From the IMG/VR virus record IMGVR_UViG_3300009124_000034, positions 1 to 44,496 of that record: 44,496 nt of DNA; one strand, 5' to 3'. Positions 1-9,705 of the stretch are shown piece after piece (the stretch's first letter is position 1; the number at the start of each line of letters is the position of its first letter). The position numbers and the translations under genes were made by a program. Origin of the DNA: a virus. The notes under the pieces are model-generated. The model searched no databases. It was given only the letters and a program-made list of their open reading frames with translations, and had not been told where the DNA came from.

Positions 1-77
1 AACAAGCTGCCCTTACAGGAAAGTAACGGCGAGATCCAGCTGTTTATGGATGGAGTTATTGCGGACCAAACATCTTG
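1..77. repeat. 77-bp terminal overlap identical to 44420..44496 (circular assembly closure)
   Basis: Direct comparison shows the first 77 nt of the window equal the last 77 nt. A reading frame continues across the join without a stop. Confidence 0.95.
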
Positions 78-975
78 GCGTGAATTTTGGGCTAACAACG
101 CACCATTCAGCCTTTTAGAGCTGGTACGTAAGAACGGTAAGGAAGCATTAGTTCCGGCCATCCCTGTAGATAACGACGGTCGTGCTGCTAAAAACGATGG
201 CAGCCCTATATCCATAACACCTTCAGCATTGTTTACAACCGGAAACATAATTGAAGGTTCGTATAAAGAAGAATTTATTGAGTACGGGCAGAGCACGCAA
301 CCTATGGTCGCCACTGTTGTTTATCGAGAAATGGAATCCTCTGGAGCGGAGTCTAGCCGCACTGTTTTTGCGCGGCAAAACACGGTTGAAGTTTATAGAA
401 AAAACGAATATAACGATGAAAATATCCCAGCAGATGAAATGTCTGCAGAAACCTTTGATGTTAGTTCGTTTGTAACACAAAGAGAGCAAGCAATTATGAT
501 CGGCAAGCTACTTGTCAATCAACGCCAGTTTACTACACGCGGCGTCGAGTTTAAAACATTCCCTACCAATAGCCCTGTTGAGCCGGGCAGCTATGTTTTT
601 ATTGATATCGGAAATACATCTTGGGACCAGTATTCTTCGGGAAGAGTGCTAACTGGAGGCGTTTTAAACAGCCCCCTGCATGACGAAATCAAAGACGGAA
701 ATTATACATTTTTGGTTTACAACCATGGAACGCAAGAAACCAAGAAGTACACAAATGTATCTGTTTCAAATATGACCGCTTCTGCCTTATCAGATCTTGA
801 CGGCTGGATGTACGTCATGGGCACTGATGCCCCCTCAAAAAGAGTGTTTCGTATTACAGAAGTTGCTCTAGAGGAGGAAGGCGAAGTTCGCGTCAAAGCG
901 ATGGAATACCCCTGCTATGAAGATCTGGGAGCTAAGGTTGCTGATTTCCGTAGTAGCAGATTCAACGTTCGCTAG
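1..975 (+). CDS. Tail tip / host-specificity protein (lambda gpJ-like), C-terminal part of the junction-spanning ORF
   Basis: Same frame as 41312..44496 once the 77-bp overlap is removed (total 4083 nt, 1360 aa). The track ORF 46..975 is only the piece after an internal Met. It follows the gpM/L/K-like genes. Confidence 0.75.
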   Translation, partial: NKLPLQESNGEIQLFMDGVIADQTSWREFWANNAPFSLLELVRKNGKEALVPAIPVDNDGRAAKNDGSPISITPSALFTTGNIIEGSYKEEFIEYGQSTQPMVATVVYREMESSGAESSRTVFARQNTVEVYRKNEYNDENIPADEMSAETFDVSSFVTQREQAIMIGKLLVNQRQFTTRGVEFKTFPTNSPVEPGSYVFIDIGNTSWDQYSSGRVLTGGVLNSPLHDEIKDGNYTFLVYNHGTQETKKYTNVSVSNMTASALSDLDGWMYVMGTDAPSKRVFRITEVALEEEGEVRVKAMEYPCYEDLGAKVADFRSSRFNVR

Positions 976-1008
976 GATGAGGATAACGGTGATTTCGTCT
1001 CCCTAGTC

Positions 1009-1443
1009 ATGGCTTTCTTTACCGGACGTTACGGAAGCCTCCAGATTGGCAGCAATACTATCCTTAAGATTCGTGATTGGTCGCTGGACTCCACGGTCGA
1101 GTTGTTGGGGACAAACACGGTAGACAGCACCGCAAATACTTTTGTACCTGGCGTCAAGGGTGCAACAGGTAGTGCCACCATCCTTTACTACCGCAAAGAA
1201 TCTGGCGACCCAGCCGCCTCCCAAGATTTTTCCTATGTACTGAGTCAATCAGGTGCTCTAAGCACTGGAGCGGTGGAAACTTCAGACCGCGTTTTGTTTA
1301 CGTTGAATGTTGGTAGTTCTACAGCTGACCGTATCCAGTTCAACGGTTACATCACATCTGTTGGCGTGACTGTTTCTACCGGCGAACTGAGCACTGTTCC
1401 GATTAGCTTCACCATGGACGGCGACTTCATCGACGTCCCCTAA
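1009..1443 (+). CDS. Small tail-tube-fold paralog (distal tail / fibre adaptor candidate)
   Basis: 144-aa ORF. N-terminus MAFFTGRYG and C-terminal ITSVGVTV motif are shared with the next ORF. The central W-S-L...G-A-T-G-S-A-T pattern resembles the major tail protein at 34993. Confidence 0.55.
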   Translation: MAFFTGRYGSLQIGSNTILKIRDWSLDSTVELLGTNTVDSTANTFVPGVKGATGSATILYYRKESGDPAASQDFSYVLSQSGALSTGAVETSDRVLFTLNVGSSTADRIQFNGYITSVGVTVSTGELSTVPISFTMDGDFIDVP

Positions 1444-1462
1444 GCTGCTGTAGTACACTAAT

Positions 1463-2338
1463 ATGGCTTTCTTTCTTGGCAACCACGGAAGATTTGTTTT
1501 CCGTCGAGGGCCTGATAAAGCCCTGGCTGAAATTACTTCGACGATAAGCCCGGACGATATCTCCCTATCCCTTAACAGGGTGGGTTTCGATGGATCGTTA
1601 GACAACATTATTACGGGCGACCGTATCGATATCAGGACAACCAGTGCCAGTGGGTTGGCTTTTATTCCTGCATCAAACTGGTCTAGCAACACAGTTGAAA
1701 ACAGTTTTAGCTGCTTTGTTCAGATCAACGAAGCAGGAGGTCTAAGGCTTTTCCCGACCTTTGCAGCTGCTGTTAATAACGAGCGAAGCTCTGAGATTAC
1801 GCTCCAGTCTTTTAGCGGTGATCCTCTGGATGTAACAGTCAGGCTCCAGGATGTCAGCGTCAACACGCTGGCAAACGTAACCTCCTACGAGTTCAACGCA
1901 TCCCGCGAAGCAATTGACGTCACATCTTTAGCCGACAAATTCAGAAACCAGTACAACGCTGGGCTTTTAAGCGGATCCGGCCGTCTTGACTGCGCGTTTG
2001 ATTACACAACAAACGGTGTAAACGACACACCTCTAACGCTTATGCAAACAATCCAGCGCCTAGATATCGGCGCAAGTTTTGACGCACAATTGTACTTAGT
2101 CGATGCTGAAATAACCCCTGAAACCCAAACAATTTTTTACCAGGCAACCGCTTTAATTACATCAGTCGGCGTAACAGTACCAAACGACGGAATCATCACC
2201 GCAACAGTTGACTTCGTAACGACTGGAGAGTTGCGCCTTATTTTTGGTCGTCCAGGGGAATACATCCTGCAGGAAAATACAGACCGCATTGAGCTTGACC
2301 AGTCCGTTGATTTCCTGCTCAAAGAAGTGACTGACTAA
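1463..2338 (+). CDS. Larger tail-tube-fold paralog (distal tail / fibre adaptor candidate)
   Basis: 291-aa ORF. It has MAFFLGNHG, YEFNASREAIDVTSL...GSGRL and ITSVGVTV motifs parallel to ORF 1009 and to the major tail protein. The start codon directly follows the 9-mer TACACTAAT. Confidence 0.55.
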   Translation: MAFFLGNHGRFVFRRGPDKALAEITSTISPDDISLSLNRVGFDGSLDNIITGDRIDIRTTSASGLAFIPASNWSSNTVENSFSCFVQINEAGGLRLFPTFAAAVNNERSSEITLQSFSGDPLDVTVRLQDVSVNTLANVTSYEFNASREAIDVTSLADKFRNQYNAGLLSGSGRLDCAFDYTTNGVNDTPLTLMQTIQRLDIGASFDAQLYLVDAEITPETQTIFYQATALITSVGVTVPNDGIITATVDFVTTGELRLIFGRPGEYILQENTDRIELDQSVDFLLKEVTD

Positions 2339-2376
2339 ACTAGGTCTATACACGTTCCTGACGCAGGAGTAGGGCC

Positions 2377-5300
2377 TTGGCTGACCAGCGCATTACACAG
2401 CTTGTCGAGCTTTCCGAGGCAGGCGTAGCTGAATCTGATGTTCTCGCGATCGTAGACATCAGTGGGTCCGAAACTAAGAAAGTTACCGCCAAAAACCTTG
2501 TTTCCGCAGGCGTTGACCTAATCGACGCTGGCGCGATCGACCTAAACAAACTTGACCAAAGTAGTACAACAAAATTAGGCACAGTAGCGATTGCGGACGA
2601 CGCAATTACCTACGCAAAAATTCAAAACGTCACAGCAACAGATCGACTGCTGGGACGCAGCACTGTAGGCAGCGGTGTAATCGAAGAGATTACCTGCACT
2701 GCAGCTGGTCGAGCACTGCTCGATGATGCAGACGCAACCGCCCAACGCACCACCCTTGGGCTTGGCAGCATTGCCACACAAGATTCCACAAGCCCGACGC
2801 TTAGCGGAGTCACCATCACCAGTGGAACAATCACTGGGATCACAGACCTTACTGTTGCGGATGGCGGCACCGGGGCATCTGACGCAGCAAATGCCCGAAT
2901 CAATTTGGGTGTTGACATTGGAGCCGACGTCCAAGCCTATGACGCCGGTCTGCAATCCATTGCAAATCTGACCACTGCAGCAGACCAGAGCATCTACCTC
3001 ACTGGTGCGGATACATATGCCGTTTACAACCTCACCACATTTGGCCGCTCACTTTTAGATGATGCAGATGCAGCCGCAGGTCGAGCAACGCTTGGTCTGG
3101 GTTCAATTGCAACGCTCAACACAATTACGAGCGCCGAAATCTCAGATCTGACCATTGTTACGGCAGACCTGCAAGACAATTCCGTCACGATTGGAAAGCT
3201 CAACCTCAACGCAGGCGAGCTAGCTGGAACGCTAATTGCCAACAACAGCCTTACAGCAACACAACTTGCAGCTGGTGCCGTTGAAACAGATGAACTAGCC
3301 GACAACGCAGTCACCTACGCAAAACTTCAGAACACATCAACCGACAACATCATCATCGGTCGCGTCACCCCAGGCGCAGGTGACTTAGAAGAAATCACCT
3401 GCACAGCAGTTGGTCGTGCTCTTATTGACGATGTAACGGTTGCCGACCAGCGCACCACCCTTGGCCTTGGAACGCTTGCCACTCAGAGTGGTACGTTTTC
3501 CGGTACGCACTCCGGCACCACAAGCGGCACCAACACCGGCGACCAAACCATCACCCTGACAGGCGATGTAACTGGATCCGGCACCGGAACATTTGCAACC
3601 ACAATCACAGCAGGCGCCGTTGGTACAACAGAACTAGCCTCCGATTCTGTTACCTACGACGTCCTCCAGGACACCTCAACAACGGATGTTGTCCTGGGTC
3701 GCAGCACAGCAGGCGGCGGAACTGTCGAAGAAATCGCCTGCACAGCAGCGGGTCGGGCACTTCTTGGCGATGCAACTGTTGCAGATCAAAGAGCAACACT
3801 TGGTCTGGGCAACATCGCCCTAGCCACTGGTACGTGGACTGACGGATCCTCATTCTCAGGAACCAGCAGCGGCACCAACACTGGCGACCAAACAATCACG
3901 CTAACTGGAGCGGTAACAGGCACCGGCACCGGATCCTTTGCCACAACTCTGGCAAATGACATTGTCCTGCAGGCCAATATCGCTGCGGGCGCAGTCACCA
4001 CTGCAAAGATCAACGATTCAGCGATCAGTCAGGAAAAACTCGCTGACCAATCCACCTCCGTAGTTTCAAGCGCTAGCCCATCCGGCACCGGAGCATTTGT
4101 TGGTCAAGGCTGGTACGACACCGCAAATGGACTTGCCTACGTCTGGGATGGAACGGTTTGGTCCCAAGAAGCAGGAATCCAAACGATCACCGTCACAGAA
4201 AGCACTCCACTTTCTATTGCAGTCACCAAGCCCGATAATTTCAGCGCTGATCTAACAATCACGCTTGACACCCAAGTTGCCAACAGTGTTTTCGCCGGGC
4301 CAACTACCGGGGCAGACGCCGCACCAACTTTCCGCAGCTTGGTTGCGGCAGATCTTCCAGATGCAACTGCGACAGATAAGGGTGTAATTATTCCAGGCAC
4401 CGGCCTAAGCGTCACCACTGGAACGCTTAACCACACCAACAGCGTCACTGGTGCAACCGTCAGCGGAATCACGTTCGACGCCCAAGGCCACATTTCAGCA
4501 GCAACAGCCCTAGTTGCTGGGGACATTCCCGAGCTAAGCACCAGCAAAATTACCTCCGGAACGTTTGCAACTGCTCTGATTGCAGACGGGGCAATTACTG
4601 CAGATAAGCTCGCCAACAAATCCACGGCACAGATCGGTGAAACTCTGCCGGTAGCGGATTTCATCGGTCAGATGTTCTTTAATCCGCTGGATAAGAACTT
4701 CTTCATGTGGGACGGCAACGTCTGGCAATCAATCGGTATTTCCGCTGGCGCTATTGTTCTTGCTGGTACGTATGACGCAAGCACAAACCAAGTTGCATCT
4801 GTAACAGGTGAAGGCACCGCAATTGGTTTGAGTGTTGGATCTGCTCTGCCGTCTGCAAGTAATACCAACTCAAACTATTACCTTGTTGTGTCCGAACCAG
4901 GCACTGGAACGTCGCCTGCGCCGACAGTTGCACTAGCACCGCCTGACCTAATCCTTTCCACAGGCAGCGATTGGCTGGAGATTGACGTCTCCAGCACCTA
5001 TACCGCTCAAACAGCAAGTAACGTTGCTTTTGTTCCAGCGGCAAACCTTGGTAGCACCAATGTTCAATCTGCGCTGGAAGAAGTTAGCAATGAGTGCCGC
5101 AATGTAGACAACATGACCGGCGGTGTGCTGGATGTTGATCGCGGTGGCACCAACATTGCGTCTTATGCCAAAGGTGATCTAATTGCAGCCAGTGCTTCAA
5201 CGACGCTTGACAAGCTCGCCGTCGGCACAAATGGCTACATCCTTAGCGCAAACAGCAGCACCACTACCGGTTTGGAGTGGATCGCTAATCAGGTCGGCAC

Positions 5301-5694
5301 CGTCACCAGCGTTAGCGGAACATCTCCTGTTCAAGTTGCCTCTGGTACGACAACCCCTGTTATTTCAGTTGATGCAGGCACCACCAGTGCAGCAGGCATC
5401 CTGCAACTCACGGATGGCGTAACAAGCTCAAGTACTACAACTGCAGCCACACCAAACGGCGTCAAGACTGCCTACGACCTTGCAGCTTTGGCAATGCCCA
5501 AAGCGGGTGGGACGTTTAGCGGTCAAGTCCTTTTTAACGAAAGCGCCTCACTGGTTTTTGAGGGTGCAAGCCCCGACAACTTTGAAACAACGCTGGATGT
5601 CGCAGATCCCACGGCGGATCATACCGTCACACTGCCGAATTTGACCGGCACCGTAGCTTTGACCAGCCAACTCGACGACGGTACTTTTGACTAA
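2377..5694 (+). CDS. Tail fibre with repeated modules
   Basis: 1105-aa ORF with a TTG start 8 nt after AGGAG. It has 3-4 copies of a TYAK(I/L)QN...GR...EEI(T/A)CTA.GRALL.D....A.QR.TLGLG module, G/T/S-rich stretches and W.DG..W motifs typical of fibres. Confidence 0.8.
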   Translation: MADQRITQLVELSEAGVAESDVLAIVDISGSETKKVTAKNLVSAGVDLIDAGAIDLNKLDQSSTTKLGTVAIADDAITYAKIQNVTATDRLLGRSTVGSGVIEEITCTAAGRALLDDADATAQRTTLGLGSIATQDSTSPTLSGVTITSGTITGITDLTVADGGTGASDAANARINLGVDIGADVQAYDAGLQSIANLTTAADQSIYLTGADTYAVYNLTTFGRSLLDDADAAAGRATLGLGSIATLNTITSAEISDLTIVTADLQDNSVTIGKLNLNAGELAGTLIANNSLTATQLAAGAVETDELADNAVTYAKLQNTSTDNIIIGRVTPGAGDLEEITCTAVGRALIDDVTVADQRTTLGLGTLATQSGTFSGTHSGTTSGTNTGDQTITLTGDVTGSGTGTFATTITAGAVGTTELASDSVTYDVLQDTSTTDVVLGRSTAGGGTVEEIACTAAGRALLGDATVADQRATLGLGNIALATGTWTDGSSFSGTSSGTNTGDQTITLTGAVTGTGTGSFATTLANDIVLQANIAAGAVTTAKINDSAISQEKLADQSTSVVSSASPSGTGAFVGQGWYDTANGLAYVWDGTVWSQEAGIQTITVTESTPLSIAVTKPDNFSADLTITLDTQVANSVFAGPTTGADAAPTFRSLVAADLPDATATDKGVIIPGTGLSVTTGTLNHTNSVTGATVSGITFDAQGHISAATALVAGDIPELSTSKITSGTFATALIADGAITADKLANKSTAQIGETLPVADFIGQMFFNPLDKNFFMWDGNVWQSIGISAGAIVLAGTYDASTNQVASVTGEGTAIGLSVGSALPSASNTNSNYYLVVSEPGTGTSPAPTVALAPPDLILSTGSDWLEIDVSSTYTAQTASNVAFVPAANLGSTNVQSALEEVSNECRNVDNMTGGVLDVDRGGTNIASYAKGDLIAASASTTLDKLAVGTNGYILSANSSTTTGLEWIANQVGTVTSVSGTSPVQVASGTTTPVISVDAGTTSAAGILQLTDGVTSSSTTTAATPNGVKTAYDLAALAMPKAGGTFSGQVLFNESASLVFEGASPDNFETTLDVADPTADHTVTLPNLTGTVALTSQLDDGTFD
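3310..3990 (+). repeat. Tandem duplication (2 x about 340 bp, about 113 aa) inside the fibre gene
   Basis: Unit 3310-3648 and the unit starting at 3649 encode parallel peptides (VTY..LQ.TST...GR...EEI.CTA.GRAL...TVADQR.TLGLG...SGTNTGDQTITLTG.VTG.GTG.FATT). Stretches of near-identical DNA occur at about 3527-3605 and 3871-3950. Confidence 0.8.
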
Positions 5695-5747
5695 CCAAAA
5701 TACGTAATATGGGAGGGTAATTTCCGGCCTAGCAATAGGCGTTAAGG

Positions 5748-8700
5748 ATGGCCCTCCAAAATCTTCGTAGTGGCGTTGCAAACAAGCGCCCAATTCCGAC
5801 GATTATGTCGGAGGGTCAGATTGCACTTAATACAAATGAAGCATCACCGGGTTTGTTTTTCAAAGACAGCAACGGTGATTTAGTTAAGGTTGGTCCTGTC
5901 CATATTGGAACCAGCGCACCAAACTCTTCGCCCGCTAGCACTGCTGCGACTGCACTTGTAACTGGTGCAACGTACCAGATCCTGACCGTTGGCACGTCTG
6001 ACTTTACGTCGGTCGGCGCAAGTGCAAACACCGTCGGCGTTGTTTTTACCGCCACTGGAACGACGACTGGAACGGGTACTGTTTCGGGCCAGCAAGGTGT
6101 TGAAAAAGGTGAGCAATGGTTGGATACCACGGGCGGCAATTATGTATTGAAGATTTACGACGGCACGGCATGGCGTAGTGAAGCTGGCGAATTTGTAAAT
6201 GTCAGCGGCGACACGATGACTGGTGCATTGCTGCTGGATAACGCAGCAAGTGCCAGCGCTCCAGATCTTAGTTTTGACGGTGATGCTAATACCGGGGTGT
6301 ATTCACCTGGAGCGGATCAACTAGCCCTCGCCACTAATGGCACTCAAAGAGTAATAGTGGATGGAAACGGTAATGTAGGAATTGGCGGCAATGGTACAGG
6401 TACTAGTCTTGGAGTTTATTTACAGAAAGGAGGAGGCGCTTCGGCGCACTTCTACGAAGCTTCAGATGGCACCAAAAAAATGATTGCCGGGGCTGACTCT
6501 GGGCAAGACTTTGTAAAAATTGGCTCTCTTTCAAGTCACCCTGTTGGACTTGTTGCTGGTAACGGAGAAAAACTACGTATTACCACTGACGGCAAAGTAG
6601 GTGTGGGGACTAGTAGCCCTGCCGGTTTACTTGATCTTGCTGGTACTAAAACTACCGCGTCCAACATTGGACAGTTGAACGTTCGCGACACAGCTTCCTT
6701 TGCAACAGGAGTAGGCGGATCCATTTATTTCTTTGGCAAATATAGAAATCTTGGCGATTATACGCCTGCAGGTTTTATCAATACAAAGAAAGATAATTCT
6801 ACAGAGGGAAACTATAGTTTCTCAATGGGATTTGGAACCATTGCTAACGGTGGTTCAATAAGCGAAAAAATGACTCTCACCTCGGGAGGGTCGCTAGGGA
6901 TTGGCACTACTTCGCCTAGCCATAAGTTAACCATTGGCAGCAGTACAGATGCAGATCTATTCTTTATGCAAAGCACGGGGTCGGCAAACAATACTAGCCT
7001 TCGTTTTGGCATTAGCGGTAATGATGCAGAAATCCATGGAAGCGGAGGTTCTAGTGGCAATCTTGTTTTCAAGACTTATGGAAATGAGCGGATGCGCATC
7101 GACAGCTCGGGCAATGTAGGTGTGGGGACTAGTAGTCCTGGTGCAAAACTGGAGGTGGCTGGTGACGCATTATTTGCTGGGGGATTTGATTCATCAAGCA
7201 CTACAACCAATGGCTTAAAAATTGATTCTAATGGAGCAATTTTTAATCAAAGGACAAACACAATTTCTACGTTATTTGGAGGCTATTACCAAAACTCGCA
7301 AACAGTTAAAATTACAGCAGACGGCTCGGCAACTTTTGCGGGCAACGTAGGGATTGGCACTACGACGGTTGACGAGTTATTGCACATTGAGCAAAGCGTT
7401 GGTAATTACGGTCCTGCCTTCAAAATTTCTAATTCAAACGCAAGTCGCTGGGGCGGAAAACTTGTTTTTGAATCTTTTAATAGCACAACGCCCTATGAGG
7501 CAGCGGTTATTAAAGCTGATGGCGGCAGTGCAACCAGCTCTGGCAATCTGATCTTTGAAACAGCAGGTAGCGAGCGGATGCGCATCGACAGCTCGGGAAA
7601 TGTTGGGATTGGAACATCAACTACCGTCGGTAAAATGACGGTCAAAATAGACACTAACAAGCATATAAGTTTCAACGGAGCGCAAGGAGAAGTAGGGAAC
7701 GTTCCAGCACTTGTTGCTCACCAAGATAACGGTTCTCTCCAGTCAATAGGTATGCGAGGCGTAGATCTGCGCTTTGCAACAAGCAGTGCCGAGCGGATGC
7801 GCATTGACAGCTCGGGCCGCGTTGGCATTGGAGCAACTAGTCCTGGAAGTTTTGATTCTGCTGCTAATCAACTTGTAATTCAAAATTCAGGAAGCTGCGG
7901 GATTACTATTGACGCCACATCAGGTACGGATAGCAACATTTATTTTGCCGATGGACCGGATGGCAATGAAGCCTACAGAGGAGTTATTACATACTCGCAC
8001 TCTGTTGACGCTATGCGCTTTGGTACGAACGGGGGCAGCGAGAAGATGCGTATCGACAGCTCGGGCAGGCTGTTGATCGGGACGTCTAGTGCTCCAGCCG
8101 GAACAGACGCTCAATATACTAAATTTGCAATCCGAGGCAACACGTTAAATGATAACGCTTCTTATCTTTCACTTGGCAATAACAAAACTACAGCAAATAC
8201 AGGAAGTAGCGATAATTTAGGCATCATTACTTTTAATGATAACGACTCAGATGCAGGTGAATATGCACGAATTACAGGTGCAACAGATGGAACCAATGGC
8301 ACTGATGATTATCCAGGCACATTAATATTCTCCACTACGGCGGATGGTGCGTCAAGTCCGACGGAGCGGATGAGGATTGAATCAGGCGGAGCAACTAAGT
8401 TTTCAGGGACCATTGCTCCTGCTACCGACAATACTCACAATGTTGGCGGCGCATCTTTGCGTTGGAGCACTATTTACGCCGCAACAGGCACGATCAACAC
8501 CTCCGACGCAAACCTAAAACAAGATATTGAAAATCTTGATGCAGCAGAACTCTCTGTTGCAGTTGCAATCAAAGGCTTAATTAAGAAGTTTCGCTTTATT
8601 GATGCTTTTGCCAACAAAGGAGATGGCGCCCGTATTCACGTTGGCGTAATAGCTCAAGAGGTTGAGCAGGCATTTGTCGATGAAGGTCTTGACCCACGAC

Positions 8701-8798
8701 GTTACGCATTGTTTTGCGAAGACGACATGGAGGACGGCACTAAGCGACTTGGTATTCGGTACGACGAGCTATTGGCGTTTGTCGTTGCTGCGCTCTAG
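5748..8798 (+). CDS. Tail fibre/spike with C-terminal intramolecular-chaperone (peptidase S74-type) domain
   Basis: 1016-aa ORF with repeated ERMRIDSSGNVGIGT modules. The C-terminus TSDANLKQDI...GVIAQEVEQ...YDELLAFVVAAL matches the S-D-x-x-x-K self-cleaving chaperone pattern of endosialidase-type fibres. Confidence 0.8.
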   Translation: MALQNLRSGVANKRPIPTIMSEGQIALNTNEASPGLFFKDSNGDLVKVGPVHIGTSAPNSSPASTAATALVTGATYQILTVGTSDFTSVGASANTVGVVFTATGTTTGTGTVSGQQGVEKGEQWLDTTGGNYVLKIYDGTAWRSEAGEFVNVSGDTMTGALLLDNAASASAPDLSFDGDANTGVYSPGADQLALATNGTQRVIVDGNGNVGIGGNGTGTSLGVYLQKGGGASAHFYEASDGTKKMIAGADSGQDFVKIGSLSSHPVGLVAGNGEKLRITTDGKVGVGTSSPAGLLDLAGTKTTASNIGQLNVRDTASFATGVGGSIYFFGKYRNLGDYTPAGFINTKKDNSTEGNYSFSMGFGTIANGGSISEKMTLTSGGSLGIGTTSPSHKLTIGSSTDADLFFMQSTGSANNTSLRFGISGNDAEIHGSGGSSGNLVFKTYGNERMRIDSSGNVGVGTSSPGAKLEVAGDALFAGGFDSSSTTTNGLKIDSNGAIFNQRTNTISTLFGGYYQNSQTVKITADGSATFAGNVGIGTTTVDELLHIEQSVGNYGPAFKISNSNASRWGGKLVFESFNSTTPYEAAVIKADGGSATSSGNLIFETAGSERMRIDSSGNVGIGTSTTVGKMTVKIDTNKHISFNGAQGEVGNVPALVAHQDNGSLQSIGMRGVDLRFATSSAERMRIDSSGRVGIGATSPGSFDSAANQLVIQNSGSCGITIDATSGTDSNIYFADGPDGNEAYRGVITYSHSVDAMRFGTNGGSEKMRIDSSGRLLIGTSSAPAGTDAQYTKFAIRGNTLNDNASYLSLGNNKTTANTGSSDNLGIITFNDNDSDAGEYARITGATDGTNGTDDYPGTLIFSTTADGASSPTERMRIESGGATKFSGTIAPATDNTHNVGGASLRWSTIYAATGTINTSDANLKQDIENLDAAELSVAVAIKGLIKKFRFIDAFANKGDGARIHVGVIAQEVEQAFVDEGLDPRRYALFCEDDMEDGTKRLGIRYDELLAFVVAAL

Positions 8799-8839
8799 AC
8801 CCTTTAGCCCTACTCACTACATCGCCTAGCGCGACAACC

Positions 8840-8865
8840 GCCCCGTGGCATAACGGGGCTTTTTT
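8840..8865 (+). terminator. Rho-independent terminator after the fibre gene
   Basis: GCCCCGT-ggcata-ACGGGGC stem-loop followed by TTTTTT, 42 nt after the stop at 8798. Confidence 0.85.
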
Positions 8866-8895
8866 ACTACAATCCCCTAGGAGCTCTCACTCATC

Positions 8896-9207
8896 ATGGC
8901 CACCACTTTCACCTGGGGCATCAACACCCTGGACCGCGAAACCGCTGATGGTTTCGTTTTCACTGCTCACTACACAGTTTCTGCCACTGACGGTGAAGCT
9001 TATTCCGCTGGTGCGTATGGCAGCATTGGTTTCGAGCGCCCCGAAAGCCTCATCCCCTATGACGACCTCACCCTTGAAACCGTAATCGGTTGGGTCAAAG
9101 AAGCTATCGGCGGCGACGAAAAGGTCGCTGAAATCGAAGCTGCCCTTGAAGCACAAATCAACGAAAAGCGCTCACCAACTAAAGCAGCTGGTGTGCCATG
9201 GCAATGA
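8896..9207 (+). CDS. Hypothetical protein
   Basis: 103-aa ORF with AGGAG upstream (8879-8883). Acidic, no recognisable motif. Confidence 0.6.
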   Translation: MATTFTWGINTLDRETADGFVFTAHYTVSATDGEAYSAGAYGSIGFERPESLIPYDDLTLETVIGWVKEAIGGDEKVAEIEAALEAQINEKRSPTKAAGVPWQ

Positions 9208-9329
9208 AGTCCCCAACTTCCTTAGGCAAAAACTTCATCCAGTCAAAGCCTAAGAAAACAAAACAGGGACAAGGAACAAATTCCAAGCCCCGGCATAATA
9301 AAAAGATGTATAGAGGCCAAGGCAAATAA
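9198..9329 (+). CDS. Small basic protein (hand-translated, below track cutoff)
   Basis: 43-aa ORF MAMKSPTSLGKNF...KKMYRGQGK. It overlaps the upstream stop and ends in a TAATG overlap with the next ORF. Confidence 0.3.
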   Translation: MAMKSPTSLGKNFIQSKPKKTKQGQGTNSKPRHNKKMYRGQGK

Positions 9330-9457
9330 TGGATAGCCACACGCTTGAGAACTGGAAAAAAGTTAAGCAAGCCCTTGAAAAGGCAGGCAAAACTGATTCC
9401 ATGTTCTACAAGCGTGCGGTTACCATTCTTGCTGGAAAAAGAGATCCTTTAGAATAG
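9329..9457 (+). CDS. Small hypothetical protein (hand-translated)
   Basis: 42-aa ORF MDSHTLENWKKVKQALEKAGK..., translationally coupled by TAATG to the preceding ORF. Confidence 0.3.
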   Translation: MDSHTLENWKKVKQALEKAGKTDSMFYKRAVTILAGKRDPLE

Positions 9458-9481
9458 GCTGAGAAAACCGGAGAACCTGCC

Positions 9482-9679
9482 GTGGATATTTTCTCCGGCG
9501 TCGCGACAGTCATCATTGCGTCTGCCACTGGCGCGTTATGGCGTTTGGACAAACGTTCCAGCGTTATGGATGCCCGAATTACGCTAGTTCTAGAGCAGAT
9601 TACAGCCTTACGTTCAGACCACAAGGAGCGTCTGGACGACCATGAAAAACGTTTACGTGTTTTGGAGCAACATCACTAG
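9482..9679 (+). CDS. Small membrane-anchored coiled-coil protein (lysis-cassette candidate)
   Basis: 65-aa ORF with a GTG start. It has an N-terminal hydrophobic helix IFSGVATVIIASATGALW and then a charged helical tail. It lies upstream of the endolysin. Confidence 0.45.
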   Translation: MDIFSGVATVIIASATGALWRLDKRSSVMDARITLVLEQITALRSDHKERLDDHEKRLRVLEQHH

Positions 9680-9705
9680 ACTCTGGAAGTGATCTTGTTT
9701 TAACT

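Noticed and set aside
1-77. The 77-bp end identity as a genuine direct terminal repeat of the virion DNA
   Set aside because: The length is typical of an assembler k-mer overlap, and a long ORF reads straight through it, so circular closure is the simpler reading. True termini cannot be inferred from the sequence alone.
2575-5044. Many minus-strand and alternative-frame ORFs inside the first fibre gene (for example 4137..4664, 2575..2955, 3024..3314)
   Set aside because: The fibre frame is continuous for 1105 codons with recognisable repeats. The shadow ORFs are a by-product of the G/T/A/S-rich repetitive coding sequence.
6055-6074. Tandem CTGGAACG-acga-CTGGAACG as a special paired site
   Set aside because: It lies in a low-complexity TGTTTGTGT coding stretch of the fibre (ACT GGA ACG repeated). 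The adjacency is most simply explained by the peptide repeat, although both copies were still counted in the motif tally.
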